DNA of 64,000 bases from Clostridia bacterium (lineage in GTDB: Bacteria; Bacillota; Clostridia; Christensenellales; CAG-917): assembly GCA_017618055.1 (NCBI GenBank), contig JAFZVB010000004.1, forward strand, positions 28,601-92,600, in the 5' to 3' direction. The position numbers and the translations under genes are program-made. Below, one piece after another: positions 48,070 through 56,935 of this stretch. Under the pieces are notes generated by a model. It saw only the letters and a list, made by a program, of their open reading frames with translations. It was not told where the DNA came from and searched no databases. How positions within the stretch are numbered: position 1 is the stretch's first letter; each line of letters opens with the position of its first letter.

Positions 48070-49563
48070 ATGGATAACAACAATCGAAACCAACAAGTAA
48101 AAGAAGTAGATGTTGCTGAAGTTGTAAGAGTTAGAAAAGAAAAACTAGCTAACCTTCAAGCAGCAGGGAAGAATCCATTTGAAATTACTAGATTTGACCG
48201 TACAACAACTGCAGGAGCCATTAGAAAGGATGTAGACTCATTCATAGACAAAGAGGTTGTCATTGCAGGAAGATTGATGTCAAAAAGAATTATGGGCAAA
48301 GCAAGCTTTGGTCATATTCAAGATACAGATGGAAACTTCCAACTTTATTTTACTAGAGATAACTTAGGTGAAGAAAACTACGCCGAATTCAAGAAATTAG
48401 ACGTAGGCGACATCATTGGTGTTAAGGGTGAAGTATTTATTACGCACTCAGGAGAACCTACAGTTACAGTTAGAGAATACACATTATTAACAAAATCATT
48501 ATTGCCTCTTCCAGAGAAGTTCCACGGATTAAGAGACAACGATTTAAGATATCGTCAAAGATATGTGGACCTCATTATGAATCCTGAAGTTAAGGATACA
48601 ATGATGAAACGTTCACAAATCGTTGCTGCAATTAGAGAGATGTTAAACAATGACGGATTCTACGAAGTAGAAACACCTGTATTAAACACTCTAGCAGGCG
48701 GAGCAAACGCTAGACCATTCATTACACATCATAATACATTAGACATCGATATGTATCTTAGAATAGCTACAGAGCTTTATTTAAAGAGACTTATCGTTGG
48801 TGGTTTTGAAAAGGTTTATGAAATTGGAAGAATCTTTAGAAATGAAGGTATGGATCCAAAACATAATCCAGAATTCACAACTATAGAATTATACCAAGCA
48901 TATGTTAACTTAGATGCAATGATGGACATTGCAGAAAAGATTATAGTATGTGCAGCAGAAAAAGTTTGCCCATCTCTTGATATAGAATATCAAGGAACTC
49001 CAATCTCCTTAAAGGGACCATGGAAGAGACAACCAATGAAAGATTTCGTTAAGGAAAGTCTTGGAATGGACTTTGATAATGATTCTCTTGAAAATCTTAT
49101 CGCTGAAGCCAATAGAAGAGGCTTAGACCTTCCTAAAGATACAACATGGGGTAAATGTTTATATGAAGTCTTCGATGCATTTGGCGAGGAATTATTAGTT
49201 CAACCAACATTCATCACAGATTATCCTGTAGAAGTTAGCCCACTTGCAAAGAAATCTCCAAAGGATCCAAGAGTAACAGAAAGATTTGAGTTATTCATTA
49301 ATCATACTGAATATGCTAATGCATTTAGTGAATTAAATGATCCAATAGACCAAAGAGAAAGATTTGCAGCACAAATGGCAGCAAAGGCAGCAGGGGATGA
49401 AGAAGCTCAACCTTATGATGAAGACTTTGTTAATGCTCTTGAGTATGGAATGCCACCAACAGGCGGTATTGGAATAGGAATAGATAGAGTTGTTATGTTG
49501 TTAACAGACAGCCCATCTATAAGGGATGTATTATTATTCCCAACTATGAAACCACTCGCATAA
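48070..49563 (+). CDS. lysS: lysine--tRNA ligase (class II)
   Basis: 497 aa with blocks RYRQRYVDL, IGRIFRNEGMD, and GMPPTGGIGIGIDRVVMLL. Confidence 0.95.
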   Translation: MDNNNRNQQVKEVDVAEVVRVRKEKLANLQAAGKNPFEITRFDRTTTAGAIRKDVDSFIDKEVVIAGRLMSKRIMGKASFGHIQDTDGNFQLYFTRDNLGEENYAEFKKLDVGDIIGVKGEVFITHSGEPTVTVREYTLLTKSLLPLPEKFHGLRDNDLRYRQRYVDLIMNPEVKDTMMKRSQIVAAIREMLNNDGFYEVETPVLNTLAGGANARPFITHHNTLDIDMYLRIATELYLKRLIVGGFEKVYEIGRIFRNEGMDPKHNPEFTTIELYQAYVNLDAMMDIAEKIIVCAAEKVCPSLDIEYQGTPISLKGPWKRQPMKDFVKESLGMDFDNDSLENLIAEANRRGLDLPKDTTWGKCLYEVFDAFGEELLVQPTFITDYPVEVSPLAKKSPKDPRVTERFELFINHTEYANAFSELNDPIDQRERFAAQMAAKAAGDEEAQPYDEDFVNALEYGMPPTGGIGIGIDRVVMLLTDSPSIRDVLLFPTMKPLA

Positions 49564-49590
49564 TATAACTCATAAAATTTAAACAAAGAA

Positions 49591-49622
49591 AGAGTTAGGA
49601 AATTAAAACCTAGCTCTTTTTA
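49591..49622 (+). terminator. rho-independent terminator after lysS
   Basis: AGAGTTAGG, 9-nt loop, CCTAGCTCT (one G-U pair), then TTTTT. Confidence 0.7.
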
Positions 49623-49817
49623 ATTGCTAAAATGTGTGAATTATAAAAATATAGAATATTTATTCACGAGAAAGCTGTTTTGCATAGAAAAATGCCGTAA
49701 ATAGTGGGTTTTCAAAAATTAAGAAAAATTAACTATAAACAGAAGCAAAAAAGTGTCAAATTTGTAAGGTCTCAAAAAATGCTATTCTAATGGGGAAAAG
49801 TCTAAAAATAGGGGAGT

Positions 49818-49861
49818 TTATCCACATTTTTCCACAATTGTGTGGATAACTTCGTGGAGAA
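49818..49861. promoter_or_regulatory. dense DnaA-box cluster (4 boxes in 44 bp) between convergent genes
   Basis: Four boxes: TTATCCACA (49818-26, perfect), TTTTCCACA (49828-36, 1 mismatch), tgtggataa (49841-49, perfect reverse complement), and cgtggagaa (49853-61; reverse complement TTCTCCACG, 2 mismatches). Confidence 0.7.
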
Positions 49862-49935
49862 CTCTGCATTTTTATACAGTTATGCATATTGTTAAAAGTG
49901 AAACAAAATGCAAAAAAATACTGTATAAATGCCTA

Positions 49936-50352
49936 TTAAATCCTATCGTATTCTGTAAAGATTGTGAGGTCTTCTCTAAAGATTCTAACTAGGGTAGTAA
50001 GTTTCTCTTCTTCGTCTGCCCAACCGTATGTTTTTTCTATAATTTTCCAAAGTGCATAAGAGTTAAGGAAGTCATACCAAAAATAACATTCATCACCAAG
50101 TTTAAATATTTCCAAATCACTAAATGATTCGTATGCACTAGAGTTCTTTAATACTTCAATTAATTGCCATACTTCATGAGTCTCGTTGTACTTTTGATAT
50201 ATGAATTTAAGCATATATTTTTTAACGTCTTTAGAGAAAGTAAAACAACCTTGTTGTGCGTTTGCGATATCTTTAAGAATAGGAGCGATATCTGGATCGT
50301 TCACATATTTCTTTAAAACTTTTTGTAGTGGATTTGCAAATTTATTATTCAT
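49936..50352 (-). CDS. hypothetical protein
   Basis: 138-aa ORF with SD AAGGAA. No motif I recognise. Confidence 0.4.
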   Translation of the reverse strand: MNNKFANPLQKVLKKYVNDPDIAPILKDIANAQQGCFTFSKDVKKYMLKFIYQKYNETHEVWQLIEVLKNSSAYESFSDLEIFKLGDECYFWYDFLNSYALWKIIEKTYGWADEEEKLTTLVRIFREDLTIFTEYDRI

Positions 50353-50413
50353 AGTAATTCCTTATCATTTTATTTTTTATATATTGTAGAACATTATCGG
50401 TTACAATGCAACG

Positions 50414-51667
50414 TTAGAAACAAAGACGTTTAATTGCTTCGTAATATATTCTATACATCTTATCTAATTGGTCTATAGTGATACATTCGTCCAAACAATG
50501 TATTGGCATTTCGTCATCTGGGAACACTGGTCCGAAGCCTACAGCCTCGTTCATAGCCCTAGCATAAGTGCCTCCACCAATAGCTAAAGGCTTGGCTCCT
50601 AAATCAAGAGTTGTATCCTTATATGCATCCATGAGCGTTGTGATGAGAGGAGTGTTCTTATCAACAAAAAGCCTATCATGAGCATGCGGAATTGACACTT
50701 TAACATCCGAAAATGCATTTTCTATCTGTTTTTGGATTTGTTCCTTTTCTATGTTTAAAGGATATCTAAAGTCTATTGTAAGTTCTAATTTTTTGCCATC
50801 TCCTTTAATAACACCAACGTTCATTGTGAGTGGTAATCCTTCAGAGTCTACACAATCTAAACCTAGTCCTTTTCCGTAAACATCATCTAGTTTGGTTGCA
50901 ATATTCATTATTGCTTCATCGTCATAAGTTCTGCCAATAAGCTTTAATAGTTTTATTCCAGCATTATCTCCTTCATATGGTTTTGCACCATGAGCAGATA
51001 TACCACGAGAAGACATTTTACGTCCATCATAGATAGCTGTTGCCATATCTGGAACAACATTAGCTCTATCTCCACAGTCAAACATGGTTAGTTTTTCTGG
51101 GCAAGGTAATTCCACCTTTACATGAGCTATTCCTTTTTCATAATAGATAACTGGGAAGTCAGCGTCTGGTGTAAATCCTTGAGGAGCCATTTTATCAAAT
51201 TTATTAAAGTGTTCTATACAACCCCAGCCATCTTCTTCGTCACATCCAAAGATAACACGGATATGTCTTCTTGGTTTTCCTACACGTGCAGCTAATTCTT
51301 TAATAATATATATGCAAACAAAGATTGGAATCTTGTCATCCAAAGCACCTCTGCCATATATTGCAGGTCTGCCTTTATAGTCTGCAAGTTCTCCATAAGG
51401 AGAATGTGTCCAACCTTCACCAAGTGGAACAGTGTCTAAGTGTCCTAAAATATCAAAACCTGGAAGGGAAGGATCTCCAATAGATGCATAACCAATATAG
51501 TTATCATAATTGGTAGTCTTAAATCCCATCTTTTTTGCTTTCTTTAAAACATATTCAAGTGCATCCTTTGAACCTTTTCCAAAAGGGGCATTTCTTTTTG
51601 CTGGTGCTTTAACTGTATCAAAAGATAATAAAACTAAAGCATCTTTAATAAAATCATCTAAATACAT
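50414..51667 (-). CDS. M20-family dipeptidase (PepV/Sapep-like)
   Basis: 417 aa with metal-ligand blocks GHLDTVP, GRGALDDK and FGCDEEDGW. Confidence 0.75.
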   Translation of the reverse strand: MYLDDFIKDALVLLSFDTVKAPAKRNAPFGKGSKDALEYVLKKAKKMGFKTTNYDNYIGYASIGDPSLPGFDILGHLDTVPLGEGWTHSPYGELADYKGRPAIYGRGALDDKIPIFVCIYIIKELAARVGKPRRHIRVIFGCDEEDGWGCIEHFNKFDKMAPQGFTPDADFPVIYYEKGIAHVKVELPCPEKLTMFDCGDRANVVPDMATAIYDGRKMSSRGISAHGAKPYEGDNAGIKLLKLIGRTYDDEAIMNIATKLDDVYGKGLGLDCVDSEGLPLTMNVGVIKGDGKKLELTIDFRYPLNIEKEQIQKQIENAFSDVKVSIPHAHDRLFVDKNTPLITTLMDAYKDTTLDLGAKPLAIGGGTYARAMNEAVGFGPVFPDDEMPIHCLDECITIDQLDKMYRIYYEAIKRLCF

Positions 51668-51669
51668 AA

Positions 51670-52374
51670 TTAGAATTCCTCAACTTCCATAGCAAACTTA
51701 AGATTTGCTTTAAGATCTTCTACTGTAACAGGTCCGCCATGTCCTACATAATACTTATCCGCATTAATTTCTATTAATTTGTTGTATGAATCTTTAAAAT
51801 CCTTTGCACTATAGATAAGGAGTGGGAGCAAATGTTTTGCAGGAACGCTATTCATAATTGCGTCTCCAGCAACAAAATCATTGCCTACCATAAACCCAAT
51901 ACTATCTTGTGTATGTCCAGGGAGCGGTATAAGTTTAATGCCATATTCCTTAAGAGTTTCATCGTCCTCTTTTTCAACAATAACTGGATTAAATTTAGAG
52001 ATATCAAATGGATGCCATTGTGCTGGGTGCCCTCCTCTTAATTTGGCAAAGAAATATGTAAGTTTTCTGTTGCCTGGAGAGGTGAATGAATAGAATTGAT
52101 CTTCTCCTTTTTGTAGTAATTCAACGGCTTCCTTCCCAACTATTATCTTAGGGGATATGGTGTTTAATAAATCTTCCATATAAGATACATGATCTGCATG
52201 GACATGAGTTAAAATAACAGCCTTAATATCATCTAAGGATATGTCATACTTTGCTAATTTCTTTTTTACTTTGTCTAAAGAAATGTTGTTGCCACAGTCT
52301 ACCAAAATAACGTCCTTGCCAAAACGAAGGATGTAGTTGGTATAAAATGAGTTCGCTATATTAATTATTTCCAT
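51670..52374 (-). CDS. MBL-fold metallo-hydrolase
   Basis: 234 aa with the motif THVHADH and downstream GHTQDS and HGGP. Confidence 0.75.
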   Translation of the reverse strand: MEIINIANSFYTNYILRFGKDVILVDCGNNISLDKVKKKLAKYDISLDDIKAVILTHVHADHVSYMEDLLNTISPKIIVGKEAVELLQKGEDQFYSFTSPGNRKLTYFFAKLRGGHPAQWHPFDISKFNPVIVEKEDDETLKEYGIKLIPLPGHTQDSIGFMVGNDFVAGDAIMNSVPAKHLLPLLIYSAKDFKDSYNKLIEINADKYYVGHGGPVTVEDLKANLKFAMEVEEF

Positions 52375-52568
52375 AAAAATAATTATATAGAATCTTGCAA
52401 AATAAGTCCATATTCAAAGCAAGAAAATAGCCCTAAAAAGTGCAAAAGTATTAATGAAGTTTTGGATTTTTCAAAATCCAAGTTTCACATTAATTCTTGT
52501 AATCATCATTAAAAAGTTATATATTAGTATAATAGATAAATACACGAAAAATTTTCGGAGGAATATAT

Positions 52569-54020
52569 ATGTCAGATAGCACAATGGTCAGAACACGTTT
52601 TGCACCAAGCCCAACAGGTTTCATGCACATTGGAAACCTAAGAACAGGATTATACAGTTACCTTTATGCAAGAAAGCACAACGGTACTTTTGTTTTACGT
52701 ATCGAGGATACAGATAGAGAAAGATTTGTTGAAGGCGCAACAGAAATGATTTATTCAACTCTTGCCAAAGCAAAGATAGATTATGATGAAGGTCCAGAAA
52801 AAGATGGTGGATACGGACCATATATCCAAAGCGAAAGAAAAGAACTTTATAAAAAGTATGCAGAAGAGCTCGTAGCAATGGGCAAAGCATATTATTGTTT
52901 CTGTGACAAAGAAAGACTTGAATCTCTTAAAGACGAAAATGGTGTTCGTACCTATGACAAGCACTGCAGATATTTAAGCAAAGAAGAAATAGATGCTAAA
53001 TTAAAGAGTGGAGCACCTTATGTAATAAGATTTAAGGTTCCAGATAATGTTGTTTCATCTTATACAGACTTAGTATTTGGAGAAATCTCAGTTGCAACAG
53101 AAGACTTAGAAGATATTATTCTTCTAAAGAGTGATGGAATGCCAACATACAACTTCGCTAACGTTGTAGACGATCATTCAATGAACATCACACATATTTT
53201 AAGAGGTGTAGAGTACTTATCTACAACCCCATTATACAACCTCATCTATGATGCATTCGGATGGCAAAGACCAACATATATACACCTTTCACCAATTATG
53301 AAAGATGCACAAAGAAAGTTAAGTAAGAGATACGGAGATGCAAACTTTGAAGACTTTGTAAAAAGAGGATTCTTACCAGAGGCTATTGTTAACTACATTG
53401 CACTTCTTGGCTGGTGTCCAAAAGACAATACTGAAAAGATGACAATGGAAGAAATGATCGAAAAGTTTGATATAGACGGTATTTCCAAATCCCCATCCAT
53501 CTTTGATGAAACCAAAATGCGTTGGTTAAATGGAGAGTATTTTAAAGAGATGCCTTTTGAACAATATTACGAAATGGCAAAGCCATATATTGCAAAAGCA
53601 GAGTTAAAAGGCAACTATGATACAAAAGAAATTGCATTTTTAATGCAAACAAGAACAGAAATCCTAGATGACATCCCAGAAAAGATAGCATTCTTAGATA
53701 ACTTTGGAGACTATGATCTAGAGTGGTACAACCACAAAAAGATGAAGGTAGACCTTGAAGTTGCAAAGAAGTGTATCGAAGCATGGCTACAAGAAATTCC
53801 AAATACAGCATGGGATGAAGAAAGCATTAAAGCATCTATGGGTATAGCAGCAGAAAAAGCAGAACTCAAGGCAGGACAAGTTATGTTTACAGTGCGTCTT
53901 GCAATGACAGGAACACAAATCACTCCTGGTGGTGCAGTAGAAATGGCTATTATTCTTGGCAAAGAAGAAAGCGTAAGAAGATTAAATGTATCATTAGAAA
54001 TGATAAACAAAGCATTATAA
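52569..54020 (+). CDS. gltX: glutamate--tRNA ligase
   Basis: 483 aa with class-I HIGH (FMHIGNLR) and KMSKS (KLSKRYG). SD GGAGGA. Confidence 0.95.
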   Translation: MSDSTMVRTRFAPSPTGFMHIGNLRTGLYSYLYARKHNGTFVLRIEDTDRERFVEGATEMIYSTLAKAKIDYDEGPEKDGGYGPYIQSERKELYKKYAEELVAMGKAYYCFCDKERLESLKDENGVRTYDKHCRYLSKEEIDAKLKSGAPYVIRFKVPDNVVSSYTDLVFGEISVATEDLEDIILLKSDGMPTYNFANVVDDHSMNITHILRGVEYLSTTPLYNLIYDAFGWQRPTYIHLSPIMKDAQRKLSKRYGDANFEDFVKRGFLPEAIVNYIALLGWCPKDNTEKMTMEEMIEKFDIDGISKSPSIFDETKMRWLNGEYFKEMPFEQYYEMAKPYIAKAELKGNYDTKEIAFLMQTRTEILDDIPEKIAFLDNFGDYDLEWYNHKKMKVDLEVAKKCIEAWLQEIPNTAWDEESIKASMGIAAEKAELKAGQVMFTVRLAMTGTQITPGGAVEMAIILGKEESVRRLNVSLEMINKAL

Positions 54021-54024
54021 GAAA

Positions 54025-56355
54025 ATGAAAACAAAAAGATTTAATTTACTAATAGTTCTACTTGCTGTAACACTTGCTCTTATTTTAGGAATAGGAGCAG
54101 GTACTACCAATGTTGCTTTAGCAAACGAAGGTGAAGTAAGTGGAACATATGGTGGACAGAATACAGACAATCTTTGGTATTACGGAGCAACGGATTTAAA
54201 TATATCTGCTGTTAGAGATACTATCATTGCCTGGGATCTTCCATCTAGAATGGCTTTAAATACATATTTAAAGAGCAATCCAATTATTATTGCTGTAGCA
54301 GATACGGGATGCAATTTATCTCATGAAATCTTTGATGGCGTATTATTAAAAGACGAAGAAGGGGTAATCGTAAGATACAATTCATATAATGCAGCAAATA
54401 AGAAATCCGGAACAGATGATGTAACAGATGCATCAAAGGATTATCATGGCACAGGAATGATGTCCACAATGGCTATGATTATTAAAGACTTGGGATTAGA
54501 AGAGTACATTAAGCTCGTTCCTATTAAAGCCAGTTATACAAACACAGACAACAAGAAAAATCCATACGAAGCATTCACATTAAATGCAACAAGAGAAGCA
54601 ATACGTTATGCGGCAGAAGATCTCCATGCAGATGTATTAAATCTTTCATATGGATTATTGGAAAGCAAAATTGGCAAAGATAATGATTGGATTCATGATG
54701 AACAACTAACAAATATTATATCTTCTGCTTGTGATCAACTAGCAATAGTTGCAGCAGCAGGTAATGATAATAAGAACTCTGCAGATGATGCATATTATTT
54801 GGCAGCAAACGAAAACGTCATTGGTGTAATGGGATACAATGCAGAGAAGAACAAATATGATAATTCAAACTTTGGTAATTCCTATGATATATATGCACCT
54901 GCAACAAACGTTTTTGCTGCAAGTAGTGGTACAGATAAGTATAGATTAGGAACAGGTACTTCTTATGCAACTACATTCGTTTCTATTGCCACAGCACTCT
55001 ATGAAATAAGAGCAAAAGCTGAAAGCTTTACAGGTAATGAATTCCCGGTTGTAAACCCAAGAAAGATAACAAGAGTTATAAGACAACATTCTCCAAGTGT
55101 TATAACTTATTCCTACACAGAAAATGCAGGAACACCAAATGAGAAGCAATTAACATATACACAACCAAAACTAAACTTATTATCTCTCTTAACAGAAGAT
55201 TATTCAGACATAGATACAAAGTATGATCCGGTATCTGGAATTGGAATCACACAAGATGGCACACAATTTGAAGATGTAGAAGATGAGACGCTAGGCAATA
55301 TTAAACTTGCAAAGGTATCTATCCATGATAGTGGAGAGATTAATATAAAGGCATACTTAAAGCCAAAGAATGATACAGATCCATTGCTAGACAGAAATAT
55401 AACCTGGGTTATAACAGATGAAGATGGTGAAAAACACGTAATTGCAACTGGTCCAGAGTTAAAGTATTTTGTTACACAAAATGATGTTACAAAGAGCCAA
55501 GAGCAAACACCTAGATTAAAGGTACAAGCAGAGTATGGTGCATTTGTAGAAACATGGTATGTAGATTTCCAATTTGATGCATACAACAACAATTCAAGCG
55601 TACAACTTCACATAGACAGCAAAGTTAAAGATGGCGTTGTAGATCTTAAGAAGCCAATAACATTGAGTATTTCTGGAATGGATTATGTTAACAAGAATGT
55701 TGGCATTATCTGGTATGTAAATGGTGAAATCTTTGCAACAACAAAAACCACAACAGTTACCTTCACTCCAACAGAAGAAGGAGAGTACACATTTAGTGCA
55801 CAATATGCAGCATGGCCAAAGAAGATATTAAATACTGTTACAGTAAAGGCAGAGATTAACGTATGGCTAATAGTTACAACATCTGTTGCAGCATTCTTAG
55901 TATTTGGATTAATAGTAGTTATTGTTGTGGCAATATGCTTAAAGCATATTAAGAAGAAAGAAAAACCAGAAAAACCTGCAAAAGAAGAAACAGAAGAAAC
56001 TAACGAACCAAAAGAGAAATATAAACCAAGCACAACAGTTTGGTTAATGGTTGGATTACTTGCAAGCTTCTTAATCTTAATTGCATTCTATTCTGTAGCA
56101 ATGGCAAAGATCGAAGAACTTGAATTAGACTCAACAATGGCTATATTAGGACTTGTCCTAATACTAGTTGTATTTGTATTCGTTGGAGCTATTATGTGCT
56201 TACAAATTCTTAAGGAAAGAAAGAAGGATAAGCCAGTAGATTTAGAAGAACAAATAGATGATGACGAAGCAGAGCCTGCAGAAGAAACAGAGAATACAGA
56301 AGAGGCCCAAGAAGAAGTAGTAGAAGAACAAGCAGAAGAGAATAATGAGCAGTAG
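54025..56355 (+). CDS. secreted/membrane-anchored S8 (subtilisin-like) serine peptidase with three C-terminal TM helices and acidic tail
   Basis: 776 aa with a signal peptide (LLIVLLAVTLALILGIGAG...ALA). Catalytic contexts are AVADTGCN (Asp), HGTGMMSTMA (His) and GTSYATTFVS (Ser). C-terminal TM segments are separated by K/E-rich linkers. Starts 4 nt after the gltX stop. Confidence 0.75.
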   Translation: MKTKRFNLLIVLLAVTLALILGIGAGTTNVALANEGEVSGTYGGQNTDNLWYYGATDLNISAVRDTIIAWDLPSRMALNTYLKSNPIIIAVADTGCNLSHEIFDGVLLKDEEGVIVRYNSYNAANKKSGTDDVTDASKDYHGTGMMSTMAMIIKDLGLEEYIKLVPIKASYTNTDNKKNPYEAFTLNATREAIRYAAEDLHADVLNLSYGLLESKIGKDNDWIHDEQLTNIISSACDQLAIVAAAGNDNKNSADDAYYLAANENVIGVMGYNAEKNKYDNSNFGNSYDIYAPATNVFAASSGTDKYRLGTGTSYATTFVSIATALYEIRAKAESFTGNEFPVVNPRKITRVIRQHSPSVITYSYTENAGTPNEKQLTYTQPKLNLLSLLTEDYSDIDTKYDPVSGIGITQDGTQFEDVEDETLGNIKLAKVSIHDSGEINIKAYLKPKNDTDPLLDRNITWVITDEDGEKHVIATGPELKYFVTQNDVTKSQEQTPRLKVQAEYGAFVETWYVDFQFDAYNNNSSVQLHIDSKVKDGVVDLKKPITLSISGMDYVNKNVGIIWYVNGEIFATTKTTTVTFTPTEEGEYTFSAQYAAWPKKILNTVTVKAEINVWLIVTTSVAAFLVFGLIVVIVVAICLKHIKKKEKPEKPAKEETEETNEPKEKYKPSTTVWLMVGLLASFLILIAFYSVAMAKIEELELDSTMAILGLVLILVVFVFVGAIMCLQILKERKKDKPVDLEEQIDDDEAEPAEETENTEEAQEEVVEEQAEENNEQ

Positions 56356-56935
56356 AAAAGAAGAACTTCAATTTGAGATAAAAGAGTTGTATAACAAGTT
56401 AGATGTTATAGATAAATCTATAAACAAGAAAAAACAAACTCTTGAAACTTATATAGAAGAAAAAGCAGCTGCAGAAAAGCAACTAGCAGATATGAATTCT
56501 GCTGAAGCAAAAACTCTCATGCAAGTTGAACTTCATTCTTTAAAGAGTGCTAAAGTAAAAAATCAAATGGGAATTAAGAACATAGATTCTAAAATCTCCC
56601 AACTAGAAAACGAAATACAAAACCCTAGAGAAATAAAAGAAGGGTATGAAGAAACACAAAAAGCAATAGCAGAGTATAAAGACAAAAGGCTTATTCTTAA
56701 ATCTGAGATATCTAGGATAGATAGAGAAATATCACAACTAGAAAACAAACTAGAGAGCGTTATTCTAGGCAAGAGCGAAGCGGATGAAATAAAGAAAACT
56801 ATAAACGATCTAGACTTCGCTATAAAGTCTCTACAAAAGGATATAGAGGTTGAAGAAGTAAGAAACAAATATAAAATATTTGATATCAAAGAAATGATAG
56901 AACAAAAGGAAAGCGAGTTAAAGTTGTATGATTGA
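56345..56935 (+). CDS. all-coiled-coil protein, function unknown
   Basis: 196 aa with heptad-rich K/E/L/I composition and an internal repeat (SKISQLENEIQN / REISQLENKLES). Overlaps the S8 gene by 11 nt and the kinase gene by 8 nt. Confidence 0.55.
   Translation: MSSRKEELQFEIKELYNKLDVIDKSINKKKQTLETYIEEKAAAEKQLADMNSAEAKTLMQVELHSLKSAKVKNQMGIKNIDSKISQLENEIQNPREIKEGYEETQKAIAEYKDKRLILKSEISRIDREISQLENKLESVILGKSEADEIKKTINDLDFAIKSLQKDIEVEEVRNKYKIFDIKEMIEQKESELKLYD

Noticed and set aside
55200-56033. 130-aa and 116-aa antisense ORFs within the S8 protease gene; likewise 58093-58839 and 60421-60816 within the kinase, vWA and helicase genes
   Set aside because: No motifs and no SDs. They are fully embedded antisense to ORFs with clear catalytic motifs.
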